64,000 nt of DNA from Bacteroidales bacterium. Its GTDB lineage: Bacteria; Bacteroidota; Bacteroidia; Bacteroidales; UBA7960. Positions 11,607 to 20,512 of this stretch are shown here, piece after piece. Every line of letters begins with the position of its first letter. Position 1 is the stretch's first letter. Location of the stretch: the NCBI GenBank assembly GCA_031323845.1, contig JAVIYP010000002.1, positions 17,065 to 81,064 of the forward strand, written 5' to 3'. The notes below the pieces were generated by a model that was not told the DNA's origin, ran no database searches, and saw nothing but the letters and a program-made list of their open reading frames with translations. The position numbers and the translations under genes are program-made.

Positions 11607-12785
11607 ATGAAAAAAGAAATAGGATTTAATTCAAAACTGATTCATGCTGGTATGTTTGATGATCAGTTTGGCAGCGCTACGGTTCCCATTTATCAGACGA
11701 GCACGTTTAAATTTAAGAATGCAGATCATGGTGCAGCTTGTTTCGCGGGCGAATCAGACGGTTATATCTATACACGGATCAATAACCCAACCATTGATGC
11801 GTTGGAAAAACTGGTGTCGAGCCTGGAAAACGGGTACAGGGGTATTGCCTGCAGTTCAGGAATGGGTGCGGTAAATACCATTTACAATGCCCTTCTTAAG
11901 CAGGGAGATCATATGGTCAGCACGGCAGCCGTATACGGACCCTCACGAGTAGTGATGGAAAAACACTACAGCAGGTTTGGCATTGAGTCAAGCTATGTTG
12001 ATACAGGAAATCTTGAAGAGATCAGGAAGGCCATCAAGCCCAACACGCGCATGCTCTATATTGAAACGCCTGCAAACCCGACCATGGACATCACCGATCT
12101 TGAAGGTGTGGTGGAGATTGCCCGCGAGCATGGACTGATCACTGTTTCAGACAACACGTTCTGCAGCCCATACCTGCAAAAACCACTCGATTATGGGTTT
12201 GACATCGTTTTTCATTCGATTACTAAATTTTTGAACGGGCATGCGGATATTGTCGGTGGCATAATCGTTTGCAGGGAAAAAAAGATCCATGACATTATCA
12301 GGCCGGTGATGGTAACTATGGGTTGCAATATGGATCCTCATCAGGCGTATATGGTTATCCGGGGCCTGAAGACCCTGGCGTTGCGCATGGAGAGGTCGCA
12401 GGAAAATGCCATGCAGATAGCTCGTTTTCTGGAAGAGCATACCAAGGTTGCGTGGGTCAGATATCCAGGGCTTCCTTCGCACCCGCAATACGAATTGGCC
12501 AGAAAACAGATGAGTGGCCCGGGTGGAATGATCAGCTTCGAACTGAAAGGAGGCATCCGTGCGGGTAAAGTGCTGATGGATAACGTAAGATTCTGTATTT
12601 TAGCTGTTTCTCTCGGCGGAGTTGAATCACTGATTCAACATCCTGCCTCGATGACTCATTCCAAAATGAGCCGGGAGGCCAGGGAAAGCTCCGGAATAAC
12701 GGATGGATTGGTCAGGTTTTCTGTTGGAATTGAAAATGTTGAGGATATTATTGAGGACCTTTCAGAGGCGCTGGACAAAGTGTAG
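11607..12785 (+). CDS. PLP-dependent Cys/Met-metabolism enzyme, most likely methionine gamma-lyase
   Basis: 392 aa. Trans-sulfuration family with the PLP-lysine motif HSITKFLNGHAD and the C-terminal VRFSVGIE motif. Substrate assignment is not certain. Confidence 0.8.
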   Translation: MKKEIGFNSKLIHAGMFDDQFGSATVPIYQTSTFKFKNADHGAACFAGESDGYIYTRINNPTIDALEKLVSSLENGYRGIACSSGMGAVNTIYNALLKQGDHMVSTAAVYGPSRVVMEKHYSRFGIESSYVDTGNLEEIRKAIKPNTRMLYIETPANPTMDITDLEGVVEIAREHGLITVSDNTFCSPYLQKPLDYGFDIVFHSITKFLNGHADIVGGIIVCREKKIHDIIRPVMVTMGCNMDPHQAYMVIRGLKTLALRMERSQENAMQIARFLEEHTKVAWVRYPGLPSHPQYELARKQMSGPGGMISFELKGGIRAGKVLMDNVRFCILAVSLGGVESLIQHPASMTHSKMSREARESSGITDGLVRFSVGIENVEDIIEDLSEALDKV

Positions 12786-12859
12786 CGTTTTCTCTTACGC
12801 TCAAATCAAAACAACATCCGAACATACAGAGAATACTTCAAAAACCTTTAAATTATTTC

Positions 12860-12867
12860 TATTTTTG
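12860..12867 (+). promoter_or_regulatory. -7 promoter box (TATTTTTG) upstream of the DUF349 gene
   Basis: Perfect TAnnTTTG, 137 nt upstream of the ATG at 13004. This implies a long leader containing a 15-codon uORF and a hairpin. Confidence 0.35.
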
Positions 12868-13003
12868 CAAAATAGTTAATCACGTTAAATAAAACTATTG
12901 TATAAGCATCATGCCGGAATGCATTCAGGCAGTCACACTCCACAAGGAGTGTTTGTAATACGAAGTCATCCTTCTGAACTTTAATTAGTAAAATTTCTTT
13001 CTG

Positions 13004-15211
13004 ATGAAAAACAATGATGAAATGAATCCCCGGCCCGGGCAAACTGAAGGCTCAGCAGGGGAGGGGCACCTGGCCAAAGATAGGGCCGAACTCGAAAAGA
13101 TGAGTGAAAAGACCGCAGATGAAGGTCAACCGGATCAAAAACCTGAGGGTGAAGACCTCATGGAAGAGCCTGCCGCAGCGCAGCCTTCCGGAGACCCGGA
13201 TCCCGAACCGGTGGTAGCGGCAAAGCCGGACGAACATCAAGAACCCTCCGAAGAACAACCTGCGGAAGACACAGAAGCATCTGCACCAGAGGAATTACCG
13301 GAAGAACCACCCGTGAAAACTTCTGAAGAAAAGCCGGAAGTAACAGAAGAACCGGCCACAGGCGCTGTTGAAGAAACCCTAGTGACTGCTGAGGCAGGAA
13401 CTGAGGGTGAGGCCACCCCGGATGACAGTGCAAGTCCATCAACGGAACAAGCACCTCAGCAGGAAGAGGAATCGGAAGATTCTGAAACACTTACAGAGAA
13501 ATATGGTGCCATGAACCGTGATTCGCTCGTGGTTACCCTGGAAGCCCTTGTCGAGCACGATGACGTCAATTACATCAGGAAACATATAGGTTTTATAAAG
13601 GTAGCCTACCGCAAACTGCTTCGGGAGGAAAACCTGGCGGCCTATGAGCAGAAACTGTCGAAGGATAAAGCGGATGCTGCAGAAGAAGAACTGCCCGCAG
13701 ACCCTCTTACCGAACGATTTGAACAGGCATTTTCCGTTTATAAGCAAAAAAAATCGACCTGGGATAAGGCACAGGAGCAGGAAATGCACGATAACCTTGG
13801 CATCAAGGAAGCCATCCTGGAAGATCTGCGTCAACTGATAGAGTCAGAGGAAGAGCTTAAGAAAACGTATGACCAGTTCAATGAACTTCAGGAACGGTGG
13901 CGCGCTGTAGGTCCGGTTCCTCGCGGATCCAAAGCCACCCTCTGGAACAATTATCATTTTCTGGTTGAAAAGTTTTTCGACAAGGTCATGATAAACAAAG
14001 AACTGAAGGATCTTGATCTTAAGAAAAACCTGGAAGCAAAAACTCATTTATGCGAAAAGGCTGAAGAGTTACTGCTCGACACTTCGATCACCCGGTCGTT
14101 TCAGCAGCTGCAAAAATTACATGAAGCCTGGAAGGAAACCGGTCCGGTTCCAAAAGATAAAAAAGATGAAATATGGGAGCGCTTCAGAGCGGCTACAGAA
14201 AAGCTCAACAAGCGCCGGCAGGAGCATTATGACAGCCTGAAGGAAGAACAAAACAAAAACTACGCAGCCAAGCTTGTATTGTGCGAAAAAGCCGAGGAAT
14301 TGCTGTCGGCTGTCCCTGAAACACCTCGCCAGTGGCAGCAAAAAACAGAAAAGATCAACGAGCTGTTTAACGTATGGAAAACCATAGGTTATGCACCCAA
14401 AAAAGTGAACAACGAAATCTGGAATCGTTTCAGAGGCGCCCTGGATGCTTTCTTCGCAAGTAAGAAAGAGTACTTCAAACAATTCAAAGACAAGCAAAGG
14501 GATAACTACAACCAGAAACTGAACCTGTGTTTACAGGCTGAAGCCCTTAAAGAAAGCGAGGACTGGAAAACCACTACAGAAGCGTTGATTAACCTTCAGA
14601 ACGAATGGAAAAAGATTGGCCCGGTTCCGGCAAAATTTTCCGACAAGATATGGAAGCGATTTCGTCAGGCATGTGACCACTTCTTTCATAAAAAAGCGGA
14701 TCATTTTTCGAATGTTGGCGATAAGCAGCAACAAAATCTGAAAGATAAACTTGCGCTGATCGAGCAGATCAATACCTTTGATTATTCAGAGGACAATAAG
14801 GAAAACCTGGAAGTATTGAAAGAGTTTCAGCGTAAATGGATGGAAATCGGTCATGTACCCCTCAAGCATAAGGAAAAACTGCAGGCTGAATTCAGAAAGG
14901 CCATTGATCATCAGTTTGATGTACTGAACATAAGCAAGAAAGTTAAAAGTACGCTTTCGTTCAGAACGAAAATTGAGAATATTAAGAACATTCAGAACGC
15001 GGACGCCATTATTCAAAAGGAGAGGAACTTTATCTCCAACAGGATCAGGACGCTTGAGTCTGATATAAAGGTACTTGAAAACAATATAGGCTTTTTTGCT
15101 TCATCAAAAAAAGCGGATCTTCTCAAGGCCGAATTTGAGGAAAAGATTGAAAATTCGCGGAATGAGATTGCTTTGCTGAAGGAAAAGATGAAAATTCTCA
15201 GGGAATCCTGA
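13004..15211 (+). CDS. DUF349 domain-containing protein with acidic Pro/Glu-rich N-terminal region
   Basis: 735 aa. At least 5 repeats of the DUF349 pattern (W..IGPVP......W.RF...) and about 165 aa of low-complexity E/P/A/T N-terminus. Confidence 0.85.
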   Translation: MKNNDEMNPRPGQTEGSAGEGHLAKDRAELEKMSEKTADEGQPDQKPEGEDLMEEPAAAQPSGDPDPEPVVAAKPDEHQEPSEEQPAEDTEASAPEELPEEPPVKTSEEKPEVTEEPATGAVEETLVTAEAGTEGEATPDDSASPSTEQAPQQEEESEDSETLTEKYGAMNRDSLVVTLEALVEHDDVNYIRKHIGFIKVAYRKLLREENLAAYEQKLSKDKADAAEEELPADPLTERFEQAFSVYKQKKSTWDKAQEQEMHDNLGIKEAILEDLRQLIESEEELKKTYDQFNELQERWRAVGPVPRGSKATLWNNYHFLVEKFFDKVMINKELKDLDLKKNLEAKTHLCEKAEELLLDTSITRSFQQLQKLHEAWKETGPVPKDKKDEIWERFRAATEKLNKRRQEHYDSLKEEQNKNYAAKLVLCEKAEELLSAVPETPRQWQQKTEKINELFNVWKTIGYAPKKVNNEIWNRFRGALDAFFASKKEYFKQFKDKQRDNYNQKLNLCLQAEALKESEDWKTTTEALINLQNEWKKIGPVPAKFSDKIWKRFRQACDHFFHKKADHFSNVGDKQQQNLKDKLALIEQINTFDYSEDNKENLEVLKEFQRKWMEIGHVPLKHKEKLQAEFRKAIDHQFDVLNISKKVKSTLSFRTKIENIKNIQNADAIIQKERNFISNRIRTLESDIKVLENNIGFFASSKKADLLKAEFEEKIENSRNEIALLKEKMKILRES

Positions 15212-15222
15212 TGACAAAATTG

Positions 15223-15230
15223 TATCTTTG
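15223..15230 (+). promoter_or_regulatory. -7 promoter box (TATCTTTG) upstream of the OMP gene
   Basis: Perfect TAnnTTTG, 31 nt upstream of the ATG at 15261. It lies at the ORF-track start 15228, which supports the later start. Confidence 0.45.
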
Positions 15231-15260
15231 AAAGATAAACCTATCCAAAAAACCTTTATC

Positions 15261-15902
15261 ATGAAAAAAAAGATTTTGTTTTCACTGACCATAATCTTAA
15301 TCCTGATTAGTTCACAGCTTCATGCCCTGGGCTTTGGTATAAAAGGGGGGCTTAACTTTTCTTCGCTTCCTTCGGCCACTGAATTAACGCTGCCGGACGG
15401 TGCCAATCTTGAAGCACTCCCGGATTCTTATACCGGGTTTCATGTAGGCGTTGTAGGGCATTTTTCACTGTTGAACATCTTTTTGCAACCGGAAATACTG
15501 TATACCCAGACAGGTCAGGAAATGAGGGTTTCACCAGAAATAATGCTTGGTCAGGACCCTGAATTCTTTACACACAAGTACAGTCATCTGACCGTCCCTG
15601 TAATCGCAGGATTGAAATTTGGTCCTTTGCAGATCGGTGCGGGTCCTGTTGCATCTTTCATGCTCGATAACAAGCTTGGCACAAGCGAACTGGCTGAAGG
15701 TGTGGATTTTGACTACAATAAAGCTTCCTTCGGTTTTCAGGCGATGGCCGGTATCAAACTCGGAAACTTGCTCCTGGATTTAAAATATGAAGGCAGCCTC
15801 AGTAAGATAGGTGACGGTATTAGCGTTGGTGCGGATACCGATCTTTCTTTTGATACCAGACCGCGTCAGTTCATTATCAGTGTTGGTTTTCTCATTTTCT
15901 GA
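15261..15902 (+). CDS. Outer membrane beta-barrel protein (porin family)
   Basis: Signal peptide MKKKILFSLTIILILISSQLHA, alternating amphipathic strands, and a C-terminal aromatic residue (…SVGFLIF). Confidence 0.75.
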   Translation: MKKKILFSLTIILILISSQLHALGFGIKGGLNFSSLPSATELTLPDGANLEALPDSYTGFHVGVVGHFSLLNIFLQPEILYTQTGQEMRVSPEIMLGQDPEFFTHKYSHLTVPVIAGLKFGPLQIGAGPVASFMLDNKLGTSELAEGVDFDYNKASFGFQAMAGIKLGNLLLDLKYEGSLSKIGDGISVGADTDLSFDTRPRQFIISVGFLIF

Positions 15903-15920
15903 CCCAACATACTGTGAAGT

Positions 15921-17141
15921 TTACCTGAAGCTGATGGCCCTGACAGGAGAAATCCTGGTCACCACATAAGATGGAATGATCAGCATGGCCATGGCGGTGA
16001 TGAATGTGCCTGCGTTAAGCAGCAGGACATGGCTCAATTTCAGATTGATCGGCACTTCTGAAACATAATAGGATTCAGGGGAGAGGCTAATAACCCCGAA
16101 TTGTTGCTGAACCAGGCATAGTAAAATGCCGGCAAGATTACCCCAGAATAATCCTCTTGAGATCAGCATTCCTGAATGATATAGGAATACCCTTCGGATC
16201 AGCAGGTTTGATCCGCCCACGGCCTTTAAGATACCGATTGCGTTGGTTTTTTCCAATACCGTTATGAGCAGTGTGGTCACCATATTGATCCCTGCAACCA
16301 TGATCATCAGTACGATGATGACATACACATTCATATCGAGCAGGGCAAGCCAGTCAAAAATCTGCGGGTACAAACTCATGATGCTTTTTGCGTCCAGGTG
16401 ATAAGGCAGCATTCCGAGGACTTCCTGTTCAATGTTCGCAATATTTTCAACATCTGATACCAGGATTTCAAAACCTCCGATCTGATCGTCGTTCCAGTCG
16501 TTCAATCGCTGTATGTGTCTGATGTCTCCGAGAATAAACAGGCGGTCGAGTTCTTCCAGTCCGGTGTCATAGATGCCGGCAAGGTTCAGGCGTCTGATGC
16601 GGGGAGGGTCCTGTATAAAATAAAGAAACACGTCATCGCCGGGAGAAAGCTTTAAACGATTGGCAATCAGTCTTGAAACGATGACTTCTTCCGAACGGAG
16701 CGTATCCGGGATCCTGAGCATCCTGCCTTCTGTGATCTTATCCTGAAAAAAAGCCTTGTCGAAATCCGGACCAATGCCTTTGAGGATGACACCATGTATA
16801 TCGTCATCCGTTTTAATGATGCCGGGCTTGGTGGCAAACATCTGTATGTGCCTGATGCCTTCAATGTGCTTCAACTCAGATAAAAATGCCTGGTTTTTGC
16901 TGATGGGCACCGCTTCGAAAGATACGTTGTAATCGTAATTGGTGATCTGAATGTGTCCGCCGAACCCAATGACCTTGTTGCGAATTTCATTTTGAAAACC
17001 GGTCACTACTGCCATAGAGATGATCATCACGGCAAGTCCTAGCGAAATGCTCAGGATGGCAATTTTCTTGATCAGACCGGTAAATTCATTGCCGAAGCCG
17101 GCCGATCCTATGCGTTTTGCTATGAAGAGAGGGGTGTTCAA
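15921..17141 (-). CDS. ABC transporter permease, LolC/E (FtsX-like) family
   Basis: 406 aa. N-terminal TM, MacB-like periplasmic domain, and a C-terminal FtsX 3-TM bundle. The only available start is a TTG at 17141. Confidence 0.8.
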   Translation of the reverse strand: MNTPLFIAKRIGSAGFGNEFTGLIKKIAILSISLGLAVMIISMAVVTGFQNEIRNKVIGFGGHIQITNYDYNVSFEAVPISKNQAFLSELKHIEGIRHIQMFATKPGIIKTDDDIHGVILKGIGPDFDKAFFQDKITEGRMLRIPDTLRSEEVIVSRLIANRLKLSPGDDVFLYFIQDPPRIRRLNLAGIYDTGLEELDRLFILGDIRHIQRLNDWNDDQIGGFEILVSDVENIANIEQEVLGMLPYHLDAKSIMSLYPQIFDWLALLDMNVYVIIVLMIMVAGINMVTTLLITVLEKTNAIGILKAVGGSNLLIRRVFLYHSGMLISRGLFWGNLAGILLCLVQQQFGVISLSPESYYVSEVPINLKLSHVLLLNAGTFITAMAMLIIPSYVVTRISPVRAISFR

Positions 17142-17160
17142 GATGCCTGTTTTTTGAAAT

Positions 17161-17168
17161 CAAAAGTA
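17161..17168 (-). promoter_or_regulatory. -7 promoter box (TACTTTTG) upstream of the LolC/E-like gene
   Basis: Perfect TAnnTTTG on the minus strand, 20 nt upstream of the TTG start. Confidence 0.4.
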
Positions 17169-17174
17169 GCATTT

Positions 17175-19769
17175 TTAACGGAATCTGAACACCGGCTCCT
17201 CATCTTTAAGGTCAATGAAAACATGCTTTTTGTCGTTCAGGTTTCCCGCCAGCATTTCCATCGAAAGTTTGTTCAGCAAATTACGCTGTATCACCCTTTT
17301 TACGGGTCTTGCTCCGAACAGGGGATCATAACCGGCTTCAGCAATCCAGTCAATGGCTTCCTGACTTACTTCCAGGGTCAGTCCGTTTTCTCTGAGCATG
17401 GAGCTCAGCCGCTTTGTTTGAAGCCGCACAACACCCCGGATCTCTTCACGGGTAAGCGGTTTAAACATGATGACCTCGTCGATTCGGTTAAGAAACTCGG
17501 GTCTGATGCTTTTCTTAAGAAGCGTGAGCAGTTCACTCCTGGTTTGTTCAAAAACTTCATCGCGGTTATTATCGGTTGCACCGGCCATCCTTTCCTGAAT
17601 GACAGAGGAGCCGATGTTTGATGTCATGATAATGATGGTATTCCTGAAGTCAGCCGTGCGCCCTTTGTTGTCCGTCAGCCTGCCGTCTTCCAGAACCTGG
17701 AGCAGGATGTTGAAGACGTCGGGGTGTGCCTTCTCAATTTCATCAAGCAGGACCACGGCATAGGGTTTTCTTCGGACCGACTCGGTAAGCTGGCCGCTTT
17801 CTTCATAGCCTACATAACCGGGAGGAGCACCTATTAACCTGCTCACCGTATGCCTTTCCTGGTATTCCGACATATCTATGCGGACCATCGCGTTTTCGTC
17901 GTTAAACAGGAATTCTGCCAGCGCCTTGGCCAGTTCGGTTTTTCCGACTCCGGTGGTTCCCAGAAATATGAATGAACCCACGGGTCTTTTTGGATCCTGA
18001 AGGCCGGCTCTGCTTCGTCTGATGGCATCAGAAACAGCCGTTATGGCTTCATCCTGGCCAACAATGCGTTTGTGTAATTCATTTTCGAGCGAAAGAAGCT
18101 TTTCCCGTTCACTTTGCAGCATTCGGCTGACAGGTATGCCGGTCCACCTGGAAACTACATCGGCAATATCTTCAGCATCAACTTCTTCCTTGATCAGTGG
18201 CGATTCTGCCTGCAGGTTCTGTAAACCCGAATGCAGTTCCTGAAGCTTTTGTTCGGCTTCCTTTATCCGGCCATAGCGAAGCTCTGCCACTTTGCCAAAA
18301 TCGCCGCTGCGCTCAGCCTGCTCAGCCTCAAAACGGTATTGCTCTATGGCAGCTTTTTGTTGCTGTATCTCGTCCACCACGGCTTTTTCATTCATCCACC
18401 TGGCCTTGATCTTGTTTTTTTCTTCCTGAAGGTTGGCAAGTTCCTTATTGAGTTCTTTCAGGCGCACTTCATCCTTTTCCCTTTTAATGGCCTCCCGTTC
18501 AATTTCAAGCTGCCTGATCCTTCTTTCAGCCTCATCCAGCTCTTCCGGCACAGAGTTCATTTCCAGGCGAAGTTTGGAGGCCGCTTCATCAATAAGGTCA
18601 ATGGCCTTGTCGGGAAGAAAACGATCGGAAATGTAACGATGGGAGAGGTCAACAGCAGCAACAATGGCTTCATCCTTGATACGTACCTGGTGATGCGTTT
18701 CATAACGTTCTTTCAGACCTCTTAAAATACTTATGGCGTCGGTCTTTCCCGGTTCATCAACAACTACGGTCTGAAAGCGGCGTTCCAATGCCTTGTCTTT
18801 CTCAAAATAGCGCTGATATTCCTTCAGCGTTGTTGCACCAATCGCCCTCAGTTCGCCCCGGGCCAGAGCCGGTTTAAGGATGTTTGCGGCATCCATGGCC
18901 CCTTCTCCGGCAGCACCTGCACCTACCAGGGTGTGTATCTCATCAATAAAAAGGACATACTCGCCATCCGAAGAAACCACCTCCTTTACCACCGCCTTGA
19001 TGCGTTCCTCGAATTCACCCTTGTATTTGGCCCCGGCAATCAGGGCACCCATATCCAGCGAAAAAATCTTTTTTGACTTGAGGTTCTCCGGTACATCACC
19101 GTTGATAATTCGATGAGCCAGACCCTCGGCAATGGCTGTTTTACCCACACCGGGCTCGCCGATGAGTATGGGGTTGTTTTTGGTACGCCGCGAAAGAATC
19201 TGCAAAATCCTTCGGATCTCATCATCACGCCCGATTACCGGGTCAAGCTTCCCTGATAAAGCCATATCGTTAAGGTCAATGGCGTATTTATTCAACGCAT
19301 TGAAGCGTTCTTCAGCTGTCTGACTGTCAACACGTGACCCTTTTCGAAGCTCCCTGATAGCTTCTTTCAGGTTTTTCTCGGATAACCCACTGTCTTTCAT
19401 TAGTCCGGATATATCGTCTGAACCGGTTACCAGGGCCAGCAGGAGGTGCTCAATGGAAACAAATTCGTCACCGAAATCTTTCAGTTTGCCCATGGCTCGC
19501 TGCAGACTTCGCTTGCAAGAGTCCGACAGGTATGACTCGCCACCCGAAACTTTCGGATAGCGTTCAATGATCCTGTCAAGAGCCTGGGTGAGGACGTGCA
19601 GTGGCACGTTGTTTTTCTTGAGCAGAAAGGGTGCAACGTTGTCATCCACCGCCAGAATGCCTTTGAGCAAATGACCGTTTTCAATGGCCTGGTGGCCATA
19701 TCCGGCAGCAATCTCCTGTGCTTTTTGCAAGGCTTCCTGTGTTTTTATGGTTAATTTATCAAAATGCAT
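17175..19769 (-). CDS. clpB: ATP-dependent chaperone ClpB
   Basis: 864 aa. Two AAA+ modules (GEPGVGKTAIAEGLA; LGTTGVGKTELAKALA) separated by a long coiled-coil middle domain. Confidence 0.95.
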   Translation of the reverse strand: MHFDKLTIKTQEALQKAQEIAAGYGHQAIENGHLLKGILAVDDNVAPFLLKKNNVPLHVLTQALDRIIERYPKVSGGESYLSDSCKRSLQRAMGKLKDFGDEFVSIEHLLLALVTGSDDISGLMKDSGLSEKNLKEAIRELRKGSRVDSQTAEERFNALNKYAIDLNDMALSGKLDPVIGRDDEIRRILQILSRRTKNNPILIGEPGVGKTAIAEGLAHRIINGDVPENLKSKKIFSLDMGALIAGAKYKGEFEERIKAVVKEVVSSDGEYVLFIDEIHTLVGAGAAGEGAMDAANILKPALARGELRAIGATTLKEYQRYFEKDKALERRFQTVVVDEPGKTDAISILRGLKERYETHHQVRIKDEAIVAAVDLSHRYISDRFLPDKAIDLIDEAASKLRLEMNSVPEELDEAERRIRQLEIEREAIKREKDEVRLKELNKELANLQEEKNKIKARWMNEKAVVDEIQQQKAAIEQYRFEAEQAERSGDFGKVAELRYGRIKEAEQKLQELHSGLQNLQAESPLIKEEVDAEDIADVVSRWTGIPVSRMLQSEREKLLSLENELHKRIVGQDEAITAVSDAIRRSRAGLQDPKRPVGSFIFLGTTGVGKTELAKALAEFLFNDENAMVRIDMSEYQERHTVSRLIGAPPGYVGYEESGQLTESVRRKPYAVVLLDEIEKAHPDVFNILLQVLEDGRLTDNKGRTADFRNTIIIMTSNIGSSVIQERMAGATDNNRDEVFEQTRSELLTLLKKSIRPEFLNRIDEVIMFKPLTREEIRGVVRLQTKRLSSMLRENGLTLEVSQEAIDWIAEAGYDPLFGARPVKRVIQRNLLNKLSMEMLAGNLNDKKHVFIDLKDEEPVFRFR

Positions 19770-19849
19770 GGTATCGTCCGTTTTTTTAGAAACCCTGAGG
19801 TGTTCTTGTAACGACAGGGCTCCTTAGTAAAACATTATCTCATAAAACA

Positions 19850-19865
19850 CCGGATCAAACTCCGG
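19850..19865 (-). terminator. Weak hairpin downstream of rimM (CCGGA-gtttga-TCCGG followed by TGTTTT on the minus strand)
   Basis: 5-bp stem only. Its position is consistent with the end of the rpsP-rimM unit. Confidence 0.3.
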
Positions 19866-19958
19866 GCCAACCTGCGAGGGTCAAACAATACTGCGACAAA
19901 ATGACACCCTTCGGCCGGAGAGACCGTGGATGTTGGCCGACATGCTGACAGTCAAGAG

Positions 19959-20486
19959 TTAAAGATATAAGTCAATTAAACCGGCAGGAGGGTTCAGCAC
20001 CATGCTTTTCTCAGTGTGGTTCGTCCGTATGATCATATCCTGGTTGGCGGGAATCAGGATTTCCCTGTCTCCCGCCATGATACGGAATACCGGATTGTCA
20101 GGATATTCAATAATGGCATCAACAATGCCAAGAAATTTATTATCGGGAAGAAAGACCTTGTAGTTTAGGCAGCTCCGCATTTTTTCCGACCGCCTTTTTT
20201 CTGCAGGAATACGAGAGAGCGGAAGGTATAATTCTCTCTCACATAAATGACGAGCCTTGCCGTCATCAGTAACGTCCTCAAACCTGATCACCGCTTCTTT
20301 TTCTTTGCGTCGGACCGTAAGTTCTTCAATAAAAAAAGGAACCAGTTTCCCTTCAATCAGAACGAAAACTGCTTCCTTTTCTTTCAGGAGTGCTGTGTCT
20401 TCTGATGCCAATAGCACCACCACATCACCTTCAAAACCTGTTGTTTTTGAAATATAACCCAGATAATAAGAGTCTTCGGTTTTCAT
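19959..20486 (-). CDS. rimM: 16S rRNA processing protein RimM
   Basis: 175 aa. RimM N-terminal beta-barrel (GYISKTTGFEGDV) plus PRC barrel, directly downstream of rpsP. Confidence 0.85.
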   Translation of the reverse strand: MKTEDSYYLGYISKTTGFEGDVVVLLASEDTALLKEKEAVFVLIEGKLVPFFIEELTVRRKEKEAVIRFEDVTDDGKARHLCERELYLPLSRIPAEKRRSEKMRSCLNYKVFLPDNKFLGIVDAIIEYPDNPVFRIMAGDREILIPANQDMIIRTNHTEKSMVLNPPAGLIDLYL

Positions 20487-20512
20487 CTTATTGGGTTATT
20501 GTAATCAGGAGC

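Noticed and set aside
12848-13042. 64-aa minus-strand ORF spanning the DUF349 promoter and start region.
   Set aside because: It overlaps the plus-strand promoter box and start codon, has no recognisable features, and has no promoter box of its own.
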